This document shows, in pieces, positions 54,907 through 64,000 of a stretch of 64,000 nucleotides of DNA. The stretch lies in IMG/VR virus record IMGVR_UViG_3300028410_000746. The stretch is one strand, 5' to 3'. Below the pieces are notes generated by a model that worked only from the letters and a program-made list of their open reading frames with translations, was not told where the DNA came from and searched no databases. The position numbers and the translations under genes are program-made. Every line of letters starts with the position of its first letter. The stretch's first letter is position 1. This DNA is from a virus (lineage: Duplodnaviria > Caudoviricetes).

Positions 54907-54935
54907 GGACGTTGGGAGCACTGCGGACGTTGGGA
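54907..54935. repeat. 11-bp direct repeat GGACGTTGGGA x2 upstream of the SSB RBS
   Basis: Copies at 54907-54917 and 54925-54935. Confidence 0.8.
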
Positions 54936-55082
54936 CCTCTCGTCAAGACATCCACACAGCACTCAGGATTGTAGTCCCCCTGCTTTGAGGGGGCGAAACG
55001 GTGTTGTAGGTCCTCACAACACAAGAGGTATTTAACTACCTAGCTCTACGCCGACTCAACGAGCCAACGCTTGAGGACGTGA

Positions 55083-55349
55083 TCAGGAAGCGCTGTCGCC
55101 GCCATCGTCCTCGCTGTCCGAGGAAGCCCCGGACTCAGGGAGGGGGAACGCGGACACGAGATCGCTCGTGTCCAGATCACCCTTCTTGATCGAAAGGAGG
55201 TCGTCGCGCACCGCGCGAACCTCAGTCTTGGACATCTCCAGGAGCGCCGAACGTGCTCGGGTCGCGGCGGCCTTGTTGCCACCATAGCCCTTGATCACGT
55301 CGTCTTCGGCGGCCTTGAGAGCCTCAATCATCTTTGCGTAAGCGCTCAT
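55083..55349 (-). CDS. histone H1-like (Hc1-family) nucleoid protein
   Basis: GNKAAATRAR..LLE...VR motif. Confidence 0.65.
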   Translation of the reverse strand: MSAYAKMIEALKAAEDDVIKGYGGNKAAATRARSALLEMSKTEVRAVRDDLLSIKKGDLDTSDLVSAFPLPESGASSDSEDDGGDSAS

Positions 55350-55425
55350 TAGCGTCTCCGTTCGTAGGACCACATCGCCTCCAGGGAACCCACATGGTAC
55401 CCGCGTCAGGCTGTGATCGGAAAAG

Positions 55426-56316
55426 TCAGGACAGTCCTTGCAGCACGCTATCGAAGTCCTCGATGTCCGTGATTTGACTGCTCAGCATGAAGTCCTCGTC
55501 CGTGATCGGGTCGAGGTCCTCCGGGTCCGAGGGTACGGTACTTCCCGTGCTTCTGAAAGTCAACACCGCATTTGAACTGTCTACAGCGTTTTCGGTCGTA
55601 TTACGACCATACTTGGCCTTCAGGTCTTTCTTCGACGTGCTCTTGTCCGAAGCGCTCTTGAAGAGCGCGTCAAGGTCGAGGTCGTCGTCAGAGAGCTTGG
55701 GGTTGACGTACTCTTCACGAGGCTTGGGCTCCGAGAGCGCCTCAATCAGAGAGGCCTCAGACGGCTCCTTCTGGGTAGAGGCCGGAGCGGCCGCGTGATC
55801 GTGGTGCTTGTTGGAGTCTGAACCCTCAGTGCCCCAGTACGAGCCCACCTCGATCTCGGCCTTGATGAGGTCGCGCTGGAGGCGAATTGCACTCATCGTA
55901 TCACGCAGCTCTTTGAGCTTGTCCGAGATCACCGTCTCCACGTGCTTGGCGTCCGTCAAGTCACGCTCCAGGCGCATGATCTCGGTGCGCTCCTCGGAGA
56001 GCTTCGAGGACACGGCGGCCTCTCGGTCTACCCTGGAGTATTTGCGCATCGCCAGGATCTCGGGGTCGTTGGCGAGCAGGTCGTTGTAAGACAGCTCGTA
56101 GTCAGCCTCGCCGCGACGAAGCTGGGCCTCAACCGTGCGGATGTAGCGCTGACACTCACGCACGTAGGTCTGCACCTCGTTGGTGAAGTTACGGCAATTG
56201 GCCACCTGATTGGTCAGGAACTTTGGGCCCCGAACCAGGGGGTCGTAGTCGAGATCCACGCGGATCTCTTCGAGGCGTTCAAACACCTCTTCAATGCGGT
56301 CGTCTTTCATATTCAT
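55426..56316 (-). CDS. coiled-coil protein with an acidic tail (possible recombination/replication mediator)
   Basis: 296 aa; long heptad region; acidic C-terminus. Confidence 0.6.
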   Translation of the reverse strand: MNMKDDRIEEVFERLEEIRVDLDYDPLVRGPKFLTNQVANCRNFTNEVQTYVRECQRYIRTVEAQLRRGEADYELSYNDLLANDPEILAMRKYSRVDREAAVSSKLSEERTEIMRLERDLTDAKHVETVISDKLKELRDTMSAIRLQRDLIKAEIEVGSYWGTEGSDSNKHHDHAAAPASTQKEPSEASLIEALSEPKPREEYVNPKLSDDDLDLDALFKSASDKSTSKKDLKAKYGRNTTENAVDSSNAVLTFRSTGSTVPSDPEDLDPITDEDFMLSSQITDIEDFDSVLQGLS

Positions 56317-56416
56317 CTCGTATTCGTAGGGGACACCGACACAGACACAGACCCGAAACCGCTGTGATCAACAGGCTCCAGGTAGACGTGATCTTAGCGG
56401 GATGAGACTCGACAGG

Positions 56417-57025
56417 TCAAGCGTCTTTGTCCTTAATGTCCTTAAAAGCCACATCCTTGAACGTGCGAGCCACTTCGAGCAGCTCCTTGATCGGCATGCC
56501 GACACGGCGAACGGGCATCCTCATGTCCGGGTCCAGGACGACGCAAGCCGCCCATCGGTGGTGACCGTCCATAATGTAGTGGTCCGAAGACACGATCACG
56601 GGAACCTTGGTCAGGAACGCATCGTCACCGCTGCGGGCGCTGGACACCATCCCCTCTACCTTTTTCGAGCTGATCTCACGCTGAGTCGCGCGGAGATCCC
56701 CTACCGGGAGGCGACCCGACCGGACAACCACTCCCCGGTCACGAAGCATGGCGACGAACACGGGCACACGGCGGGCGTCTATCTGGGGCATCTCCGAACG
56801 GGGAATCCCCAGATGAGCGCGGCAGTGGCCAGTCTCCTCGCACCAGTCTTCCGACGCCGCCATCAAGACGCGCTGCAAGGCTACTGCGCTGGTCCGAACA
56901 CCCTGGACGGACAGATTGGCGTGCGTCACCTCGGTAGGAACCACCGAGGCAATACGAGCGATGTGAGATGTCAGCTCAGGGCGCTGAAGGGCAAGGTTCA
57001 CGAGCTGCTCGTACAAGGTAGGCAT
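56417..57025 (-). CDS. leader-variant-tagged ParB/Srx-like domain protein
   Basis: Starts MPTLYEQLVNLALQRPELTSHI; L.ATQ.EI...PVIVS.D.YIMDGHHRW. Confidence 0.75.
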   Translation of the reverse strand: MPTLYEQLVNLALQRPELTSHIARIASVVPTEVTHANLSVQGVRTSAVALQRVLMAASEDWCEETGHCRAHLGIPRSEMPQIDARRVPVFVAMLRDRGVVVRSGRLPVGDLRATQREISSKKVEGMVSSARSGDDAFLTKVPVIVSSDHYIMDGHHRWAACVVLDPDMRMPVRRVGMPIKELLEVARTFKDVAFKDIKDKDA

Positions 57026-57067
57026 GGTATTCCTTCTCCGGATAGTAGTGGACATACCACGCTCCAT

Positions 57068-57081
57068 ATCGACTGATTAAC
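57068..57081 (-). promoter_or_regulatory. variant of the putative late-promoter motif, GTTAATCAGTCGAT
   Basis: 43 nt upstream of the ParB-like gene. Confidence 0.35.
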
Positions 57082-59245
57082 CCACAAGGTCTCGCAGGCG
57101 CTTGGCGAACTGCGTGTTGCGTCGGGTGACCTCGTTGTTACTGACGGCCTTGACCACGCTCGACCAGTCTCCCAGCATCACTACCTTCGTCTTGGCCCTC
57201 GTGATCGCCGTGTAGAGCAGGTTGCGTTGAAGCTGCACCGAGTAGGAGTCCACGAAGGGCAAGATCACGTAGTCAAACTCCTGACCCTGTGACTTGTGGA
57301 TGGTGATGCAGAAGGCCAGCTTGAGCATCTTGTGCGTCTCTCCGAACTTGACCGGCACGACCTTGGTGTAGCCGTCACGGATGCGGATCATGACCTCCTT
57401 GTTCTTGCCGTCGATGTCCGTGATCGTCCCCTGCTCCCCGTTGTAGACGCCGAGGTCGTAGTCGTTGTTGGTCACGATCACGCGGTCGCCCACGCGCCAC
57501 GTCACCCCCTTACCAACCGAAGCCGTCTTCTGCCCCGTGTCCGGGTTGAGCACCTCTCGGATCGCCTCATTGAGCCTCGTCACCCCCAGCTCTCCCGCCC
57601 ATCGAGGAGACAGCACCTGGAAGGTCTCCCCCCGCTCCGTTGTCCGCTGAAGCTCCTCCACGAGCTTCTTGATCTGGACCTTGATGCGAGCATCCGAGGA
57701 GACCTCACGAAACTCGAAGTCCTTGTGGGACCTCGCAGGGGGCTCCCCCTTGTTGATCCGGTGCGCTCCCAGGATGATGCCCGAGGTCTCACCCTGCCTG
57801 AAGATGCGCGTGAGGTTGACCTGAGGGACGACACCCGAGCGAATCAGCTCGTGAAGGACGTTGCCGGCTCCCACGCTGGGGAGCTGTGCGTGATCCCCCA
57901 CGCAAACCAGGACCGTGCCCGGCTTGAGCGCTCCCAGGAGGCGATAGAGCAGCTCCTGGTCCACCATCGAAAACTCATCCACGAGGACCGCATCCACACT
58001 CAAGGGGTTGTTCGGTCCGTGGGTCCAGGAGTCACCCCGGTACCCAAGGGCCCGGTGAATCGTCGAGGCCGAGAACCCCACCACGGTAGAGAGCTTCTTG
58101 GCCGCGATGCCCGTGGGACTGAGCAACTCTACCCGAAGGTCCGCATCTCGAAAGAGCTTGACGATGGCGCGCGACACGGTGGTCTTACCCGTACCAGGGA
58201 GACCCGTGACCAGCACCACAGGGTGCTCAGCTATCCGCGTCACAGCCTCACGCTGCTGCTCCGAGAGGTTGATCCCCTGGATGCGCTCGTAGTCGTCCAG
58301 AAAGCTCACCGTGTCCACGGACGCCAGGGGAGAGTTCGCCTTGAGCATCTGAACCATGCGATCAGCCGCCTGCGTCTCCACACGGTACAGGTGGCTCAGG
58401 TAGAGACGGGAGCCATCCAGCTCAACGCGTCCTCGACCCTGTAGCTCCTTGATCCCCATGGCCAGCTCCGTCTTGGTGATCGGCCTCCCAAAACCAACGA
58501 GCTTGTCCGCGTGCATGGCCTTGCCCAACTGCGTCTTGATCAGCTCATTGAGCGTCAGGTAGAGGTGACCCTCCGTCTGCGCGACGCGCTCCAGCACGTA
58601 CTCGAAGAGGCCCGCGAGACGAATCGAAGCGCACGGGTCCACACCCATCTGCAACGCCAGACGATCCGCAAGCTGGAACCCCGCGTACGGGACCTCCATG
58701 ATCACGTACGGGTTGGCCTTGAGTCTGTCCAGGGTCTTGGCTCCCCAGAGGTCGTACGCCCCCTTGATCACCTTCTTGGGGATGTCCTTCTGGAGCAGCT
58801 CCACAGCCACGCGACGGTAGTAACGCTGCTCCTGCCAGTTCTCCACCAGCTCCTCGCGCGCGCGCTGCGAGAGTCGAGCAACCTCAACCAACCGCTCGGG
58901 CTCCTCGTCCAAAACACGCAGCGTCTCCCCTCCAAACGTCTCCACCAATCGCTTTGAGAGCACCGGACCGATGAACTGCACGTGCGATTGCAGGTACTCC
59001 ATGAGGCCTCGATCCGTGGTCGGGAGCGACACAGACAGTGACGCCGCCGCAAACGTTGGGCCCCACTTCGTATCCTCCCAGGCACCCTCCAGAGTGACGA
59101 CCTGTCCAGGAGCCGGCGTGTCCACCACGAACGTCCCCTTGACCTTCTTGTTGCGGTGATCGGAGGAGTCCTCCAACAAGAAGATGAAGAAGGTCCCATC
59201 CTCGCTGCGGAAGATGAGCTTCTTGATGAGCCCGGTGAGTTCCAT
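57077..59245 (-). CDS. recD2: RecD2-like SF1B helicase
   Basis: GLPGTGKTT, VDEFSM, GDHAQLPSV, IFRQ, AFCITIHKSQGQE, LLYTAITRAK. Confidence 0.93.
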   Translation of the reverse strand: MELTGLIKKLIFRSEDGTFFIFLLEDSSDHRNKKVKGTFVVDTPAPGQVVTLEGAWEDTKWGPTFAAASLSVSLPTTDRGLMEYLQSHVQFIGPVLSKRLVETFGGETLRVLDEEPERLVEVARLSQRAREELVENWQEQRYYRRVAVELLQKDIPKKVIKGAYDLWGAKTLDRLKANPYVIMEVPYAGFQLADRLALQMGVDPCASIRLAGLFEYVLERVAQTEGHLYLTLNELIKTQLGKAMHADKLVGFGRPITKTELAMGIKELQGRGRVELDGSRLYLSHLYRVETQAADRMVQMLKANSPLASVDTVSFLDDYERIQGINLSEQQREAVTRIAEHPVVLVTGLPGTGKTTVSRAIVKLFRDADLRVELLSPTGIAAKKLSTVVGFSASTIHRALGYRGDSWTHGPNNPLSVDAVLVDEFSMVDQELLYRLLGALKPGTVLVCVGDHAQLPSVGAGNVLHELIRSGVVPQVNLTRIFRQGETSGIILGAHRINKGEPPARSHKDFEFREVSSDARIKVQIKKLVEELQRTTERGETFQVLSPRWAGELGVTRLNEAIREVLNPDTGQKTASVGKGVTWRVGDRVIVTNNDYDLGVYNGEQGTITDIDGKNKEVMIRIRDGYTKVVPVKFGETHKMLKLAFCITIHKSQGQEFDYVILPFVDSYSVQLQRNLLYTAITRAKTKVVMLGDWSSVVKAVSNNEVTRRNTQFAKRLRDLVG

Positions 59246-59285
59246 GTGTAGTCCTTGATTCGTATATCAGTCGTAAGGTCGAGCG

Positions 59286-59903
59286 TCAGTCAAAGCTCAG
59301 GTAGAGCATATCACTCCGATCCGCGCGAAGGTCCAAGCCTACCATAAGACCCGTGAGGGGGACCACAGAAGCGAGCCGCATATCCTCTCGCATTTCGTCC
59401 CACGGACCCAGCCCCTCTTCCGGAAGGACATAGGGGAGGCTATGTGCTGCGACCCCCAGGCCTGCGGATTTGAGCCACCAGAAGACCTCCCGCCTCTTGA
59501 GGTCGGGCATCTCCGAGGCCTCGTGTGCCCAAAAGACGAGGTGACGGCATACGCTCGCCTCCGCTCGGTCCTGAATCGAGAGAAGCCTACGTAGCGTACC
59601 CTCCACCGACTCGCCCTCACTCCTCAGGCGAGCACTGAGACCCACCCGACCCGTCACCACCCCCGTGTACGTCGCTCCGGCACCCGAGAGCTGCCTCGCA
59701 ATGCCCCGAGCCAATACGGCATTCGGAGTCACTACCTGAGACACCGCACCCTGGAGCACGATGGACTTGAGCGCGCCGCTTTCGTAGCGCACGGACATCT
59801 CCAGCCCCTCAATGACGTATACATGCAACAGGGAGCGGCCACGAAGACCGCCCCCCTTGACCACCCACTCCATGAGCTTCTGCTGTACCTGATCTGGCTC
59901 CAT
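59286..59903 (-). CDS. degenerate NAD-dependent DNA ligase adenylation domain
   Basis: VIEGLEMSVRYESGAL aligns with KxDGLAVSLxYENGxL but lacks the catalytic Lys; motif IV LTGLMVG; no OB or BRCT; AGGAGG RBS. Confidence 0.6.
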   Translation of the reverse strand: MEPDQVQQKLMEWVVKGGGLRGRSLLHVYVIEGLEMSVRYESGALKSIVLQGAVSQVVTPNAVLARGIARQLSGAGATYTGVVTGRVGLSARLRSEGESVEGTLRRLLSIQDRAEASVCRHLVFWAHEASEMPDLKRREVFWWLKSAGLGVAAHSLPYVLPEEGLGPWDEMREDMRLASVVPLTGLMVGLDLRADRSDMLYLSFD

Positions 59904-59956
59904 GCGACCTCCTGTGGGGCGTGATCTTACCACAGAGGAGGTCACCGGTCCAGGCA

Positions 59957-60319
59957 CTAAGCCCTCAAGTAGATGTAATCCGGGTCAAGATAGAAGACCT
60001 TGATCTCCTGGACGGCATCAAGCAGCTCCTCCTCGTGATGTGTCAGCCGACCCAAGAGCCCCTCCTCACGAAGATGGCCCGCGTCATAGTCACTGGCGAC
60101 GGTCTGGAGAGCCAGGAGAGGAGTCAGGACACGCGCGCGCGCTTTGGAGAGCGCTGCGTCGGAGAGGTCCAGGGGACCAAACATCTTCGTCAAGAGAGAC
60201 ATGGCGTTGTCCAGGAGCATCCCGAAGTGCCGACCATCTGCGTCAGACCTTCCTCTCAAGACGTCTTGAGCGCGGCGGTGCGCTTGAGCGACCAGGGCAT
60301 CGAAAGCTGGGAGACTCAT
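59957..60319 (-). CDS. helical hypothetical protein
   Basis: 120 aa coupled ORF. Confidence 0.6.
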   Translation of the reverse strand: MSLPAFDALVAQAHRRAQDVLRGRSDADGRHFGMLLDNAMSLLTKMFGPLDLSDAALSKARARVLTPLLALQTVASDYDAGHLREEGLLGRLTHHEEELLDAVQEIKVFYLDPDYIYLRA

Positions 60320-60519
60320 TCCGAACCTTTCGTGTGCGTGGGGATGAGCGAGGACGCGTCCAGGAGGTCCACACAGGTCAACCGAACCTCTCGGTTCTTG
60401 AAGCGGTCCAGCAGCGTCTCCAGGGGGACGAGCCGGCCATCCTGCTCCACGTACCAGTGTCCCTTGGCATTCTTACGCAGAACACCCTCTTCCAGGAACG
60501 AAATCTCCAACAGGTTCAC
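60316..60519 (-). CDS. small hypothetical protein
   Basis: 67 aa coupled ORF. Confidence 0.6.
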   Translation of the reverse strand: MNLLEISFLEEGVLRKNAKGHWYVEQDGRLVPLETLLDRFKNREVRLTCVDLLDASSLIPTHTKGSE

Positions 60520-60522
60520 AGC

Positions 60523-60732
60523 CTACTCCTCTTGTTGGGCTTGGCGCCTCTCCACCACACGCTTGTAGTGCGCGCACTCACGAGAGTCCGGAGCACGCCT
60601 ACACTCGGACTTGTGCTGGATATGATACCACGCATCACACGACGCCGCATGACGATGTGGACACCGGCGCGCATAAGAAGGCGTCGTACACGAGAAGGCC
60701 GCGAGAGCTATGACGGGTATCAGAAACCTCAT
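60523..60732 (-). CDS. small Cys-rich exported/lipoprotein-like peptide
   Basis: MRFLIPVIALAAFSC signal-like N-terminus; four more Cys. Confidence 0.5.
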   Translation of the reverse strand: MRFLIPVIALAAFSCTTPSYARRCPHRHAASCDAWYHIQHKSECRRAPDSRECAHYKRVVERRQAQQEE

Positions 60733-61164
60733 TCAGACCCTTTCGCGGTTCCGCTCAATGGTCTTGGCGAGATCCAGCGCGAGGTGACCGGCGCGGGGGA
60801 ACGGCACGCTTAGGATCTTGTCATAGAAGTTCCCCATGACGACCGTGCCCAGAAGCATACCCTTCTCCTCCTCGAAAGTGACCTCGCAGCGTAGCGAACG
60901 TGGCGAACCGCTACTAAACTCCAGGCGAATCACACAGTAATCAGGTCGCACCTCAATCTTGGGCCGGCTCAACATGCCCTTCACGTTGAGCGCATTGAGT
61001 AGAATACTCGGAAGCTCCGCATAGAGCGCCTCAAGAGCCTTCTCCCAGGGACGGTCGAGTTTCCCCGAAGTCTTGGAGAGGCTGGCAATCACAGGCTTCA
61101 AGTGCGGACGAAGCTCGGGGTTAGATGTACCAAGGCGAATGAGCTGCGTGGCGATGTCAGACAT
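60733..61164 (-). CDS. leader-tagged hypothetical protein
   Basis: Starts MSDIATQLIRLGTSNPELRPHLKPVIASL. Confidence 0.75.
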   Translation of the reverse strand: MSDIATQLIRLGTSNPELRPHLKPVIASLSKTSGKLDRPWEKALEALYAELPSILLNALNVKGMLSRPKIEVRPDYCVIRLEFSSGSPRSLRCEVTFEEEKGMLLGTVVMGNFYDKILSVPFPRAGHLALDLAKTIERNRERV

Positions 61165-61176
61165 GTTCAGGGCTCC

Positions 61177-61219
61177 AAAGAACAAAGAGGGTGATGCGAG
61201 AAATGCCGCATCACCCTCT
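61177..61219 (-). terminator. intrinsic terminator after the RNR gene
   Basis: 13-bp stem AGAGGGTGATGCG/CGCATCACCCTCT (61186-61219) followed by TTGTTCTTT. Confidence 0.65.
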
Positions 61220-61223
61220 CATT

Positions 61224-61237
61224 ATTGATAAATTACC
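61224..61237 (-). promoter_or_regulatory. putative late-promoter motif GGTAATTTATCAAT
   Basis: 60 nt upstream of a leader-tagged gene inside the replication block. Confidence 0.45.
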
Positions 61238-61252
61238 GCCAGGAACCGTACG

Positions 61253-64000
61253 TCAGCCACAGCCCGAGTTGCCACAGTCACGGCAGGTGGAGCACCCAGA
61301 CTCATAGACGACGTTCTCCGAGCCACACGCAGGACAGGAAGCTCCGACCGCCTTGGCACCGTCTGCGATGTGCTCCGAGAGGAACTTTCGCACGGCCGTG
61401 AGCGTGGTCGAGATGTAGTCTCCGTCCACGTCCGACATCGCAGCCACGACGGCCGGAAGGCCCACACCGTGTCGAAGGCCCATCGAGATCAGCTTGCCCA
61501 GCTTGACGTGGTACGCGTCGCTGTGGAGCTTCTCCACCTGATCCAGCACCAAGTCGTGATCCAACCCCGACGCCAGCAGGAGCTTGTTCACGCTCCGGAA
61601 GGCTCGATTGAGCGTCACGTACTCGCCCTTGGAGTAGTCGTTGCTGTGAATCCAGAACGCGATGGGGTTGAGGACATCACACGGCAGGTAGCTCAGGTGG
61701 AAGTAGAACTTCGAGCCCTCGCGCTTGACCTGATGCGTCGGACCATTGCTGAAGACCTCCGGGAGCTTGACGTCGCGAATGATCACACCGTCCTCAGTCA
61801 ACGGAGCATCCTCAGAGGTGCAACCCGCGTGAATGAGAGAGCGCACGAGGTTCCCGTGCTCCGGGACGAACGGACCCTCCTCGCCCTCCTCATCGCTCAC
61901 GACCGCGAGAACCGCCTCCATCGTACCCGCACGGTACGTCGTGAAGCCGTTAAGGCCTCGCTCCCATGCCGACAGGTAGAGGTCCTGGAAGTCCTCGAAG
62001 GGGTAGTCGTTGGGGAGGTTACACGTCTTCGACACGGACTGGTTGAGGTACTTCTGGACCACCGCCTGGACATCCACGTGCGTGGACACGGGGAGATCCT
62101 GAGCGGTCACCATGTAAGGCGCGTTGACCTCCTCAGGGTAATGCTCCAGAACCCAGCCGTAGCCGTAATCGCGCACGGGCTCAATGAAGCACAAGCCTCG
62201 GTTGTGAGGCTCGTAGTACCACGTACGACCGTCGTACTCTCCGCGCCACACGGTCGCGTCACCTGCCAACGTGCTCGGGAGGAGATCCCGGACGTTATCC
62301 ACGTTGAGACCCTCGGGCCATTTGTCCGTGATCACGGTACGCTCGAACCCGTGAGAGAACACCGGCTCGATGCCGTTGCTCACCATGTCACAGATAACGC
62401 TGGAGTTGCCCAGCGGGGGGTTCGTCGTCGTCTTGAGGTTACGCAAGCCATGCTCGACCATGAGCGCGCGCACGTCGTCATCCAGGTCCGCGAACTCCGT
62501 CCACCACGGCGTGTTGAAGAACTGCTCCGCGTCAAAGGCCGGTGCCGGCCCACGCTCGGCAGCCAGCAGCGCGCTAGACTTCCAGGTGAGGTTCTCCTTG
62601 CGGCGATTGATCTCCCGGACAAAGGCCAGAGACTCCTCGGAGCCGTACGTCATGCCCAGCATGTAGTGCACCGAGCCCAAACCGTTGATGCCCATGCCGT
62701 ACTGACGCACGTTCTCCAGGGCCCAGCGGTACTCATCAAGAGGCACGTTGCCGATGTCGTTGACGTTCTCCAGCATGCGAGCGAACGTCTGAATGTCACG
62801 CTCATACTCCTCGAAGTTGAACGTGCGGTCCTCGTTGACGTACTGCACGAGGTTGAGCGAGCCCAACAGGCACACCGTCGTCGTGTAGGGGTTACCACCG
62901 ATCTCGCCGCAGGGGTTCGTGGCGTTGTTCCGACCCATGTAGAGGATCGGGTTGGTGTGGTTCATGTTGCCTTCGTACAGGATGCCCGGCTCGTTGCGGG
63001 TGTACGTCGACGCCATGATGAGGTCGTACAGATCACGCGCCTTCACGCGCTTGTAGACCGTACCCTCGAAGCTCAGGTCATACATCGTGTCGTTCTGAAC
63101 CGCGTTCATGAACGCGTCGTCGACCACCACGGAGATGTTGAACTTGGTCAGCTTGCCCTTGGTCTGCTTGGACCGGACGAACTCCTCGATGTCGGGGTGC
63201 GAGATGCTCAGGCACCCCATCTGCGCGCCCTTACGGGGCATCGCCTTCTCCATCGCTCCCAGGAGATCCTCCGACTGAGGCAGGTGGTTCGTGATCGAAT
63301 CGTTGTAACCGTCCGTGTCCCCACGCACGATCATGTCGGCCACCTTGTCCCAGACCTCCATGTACGCGATCACGCCAGGGTGGCGCACGCCGGTTCCCTT
63401 GATAAGGGAGCCACGGGGACGGATGAAGTCAAAGTTGATCCCGTAGCCGCCCTCATTGGCCAGCGTACGCGCCTGCGCCGTGAGCGCGACCATGATGTTG
63501 GTCAGGTCATCGGGCGTGTCATGAGAGCCCTCAAGCTCCACAGGGATCACATACTTGCCGTCCGGGGTGGACTTCTCATACGAAATCTTGGCTCCCGTGA
63601 TTCCGCCCTGAATAAAGCAGTTGAGGAGGGTCGCGTTGCGGTACGAGGTGCCCGCGTTGGCCGTGATCCGACCACCCGTGGTGGCCTTGAGACCAATCGC
63701 CTTCCACAGGACCCCCTCCGGGTCCACGTACCAGTCCTCCGGGACACCCGAATCCTCAGCCTTCTCGTACAGCCCCACCTGAGCGTGTGCCTCCTCACCC
63801 TTCGCAAGGTACTCGAAGCGCACCATCGTCTTGAGGAACTCGTCCGCGTAGCGTGTGATCTGGTCCGGGGTCGCACCGTAATTGGCTTCAACCTCAGCCA
63901 ACGCGCGCGTCACGCGTCGGAAGGTCCCGAGCGGGGTCTCGCCGTTGTACTGGTACTTGGACGCCCAGTTCTCCCTGGCGAGGCTCGTCGTAAAAATCAT
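61253..64000 (-). CDS. nrdJ: class II (B12-dependent) ribonucleotide reductase with C-terminal TSCPD/Zn ribbon; start at or beyond the window edge
   Basis: GGRI..N, LLNCF, NEGGYG, NPCGEI, CLLGSLNL, PLGNSS, SNGIEP, FTTYRAGT (no YY pair), terminal CPACG..GCSTC..CG. Confidence 0.9.
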   Translation of the reverse strand: MIFTTSLARENWASKYQYNGETPLGTFRRVTRALAEVEANYGATPDQITRYADEFLKTMVRFEYLAKGEEAHAQVGLYEKAEDSGVPEDWYVDPEGVLWKAIGLKATTGGRITANAGTSYRNATLLNCFIQGGITGAKISYEKSTPDGKYVIPVELEGSHDTPDDLTNIMVALTAQARTLANEGGYGINFDFIRPRGSLIKGTGVRHPGVIAYMEVWDKVADMIVRGDTDGYNDSITNHLPQSEDLLGAMEKAMPRKGAQMGCLSISHPDIEEFVRSKQTKGKLTKFNISVVVDDAFMNAVQNDTMYDLSFEGTVYKRVKARDLYDLIMASTYTRNEPGILYEGNMNHTNPILYMGRNNATNPCGEIGGNPYTTTVCLLGSLNLVQYVNEDRTFNFEEYERDIQTFARMLENVNDIGNVPLDEYRWALENVRQYGMGINGLGSVHYMLGMTYGSEESLAFVREINRRKENLTWKSSALLAAERGPAPAFDAEQFFNTPWWTEFADLDDDVRALMVEHGLRNLKTTTNPPLGNSSVICDMVSNGIEPVFSHGFERTVITDKWPEGLNVDNVRDLLPSTLAGDATVWRGEYDGRTWYYEPHNRGLCFIEPVRDYGYGWVLEHYPEEVNAPYMVTAQDLPVSTHVDVQAVVQKYLNQSVSKTCNLPNDYPFEDFQDLYLSAWERGLNGFTTYRAGTMEAVLAVVSDEEGEEGPFVPEHGNLVRSLIHAGCTSEDAPLTEDGVIIRDVKLPEVFSNGPTHQVKREGSKFYFHLSYLPCDVLNPIAFWIHSNDYSKGEYVTLNRAFRSVNKLLLASGLDHDLVLDQVEKLHSDAYHVKLGKLISMGLRHGVGLPAVVAAMSDVDGDYISTTLTAVRKFLSEHIADGAKAVGASCPACGSENVVYESGCSTCRDCGNSGCG

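Noticed and set aside
56332-56355. GACACC/GACACA hexamer run upstream of 56316
   Set aside because: Short, imperfect and without a second occurrence; likely slippage

Overview
The window is a 64 kb segment of a large, high-GC (roughly 60-65% by eye) tailed dsDNA phage (Caudoviricetes, jumbo-like). Nearly every supportable gene is on the minus strand. Reading in transcription order (right to left) there is first a replication/recombination block: class II RNR, RecD2, SSB, RuvC, RecA, split SbcC plus SbcD, Cas4/AddB-like nuclease, beta clamp, primase, DnaX, NusG, 5'-3' exonuclease and a tandem sigma4 protein. A head module follows (TerS/TerL, portal, prohead protease, acidic scaffold, decoration protein, HK97-type MCP), then many putative virion and neck genes. 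Most notable: (1) a putative neck gene fractured by an atypically split intein (36 aa IntN, 139 aa IntC) with a Vsr-like endonuclease between the halves, which has an in-frame TGA at a conserved Cys position; (2) a self-contained orphan type I-E mini-CRISPR unit (promoter, leader, repeat-spacer-repeat, terminator) whose spacer resembles a phage promoter; (3) a ~30 aa N-terminal leader (MSDLKARLIRLG..PELRPHLKPVIASL) shared by at least six otherwise unrelated proteins, often preceded by a shared AT-rich promoter-like motif, suggesting a capsid-import system; (4) catalytically degenerate paralogs of terminase ATPase, RecA, NAD-ligase and a metallopeptidase; (5) SbcC/Rad50 split at the zinc hook. 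All family calls come from motif recognition by eye; no searches were run.
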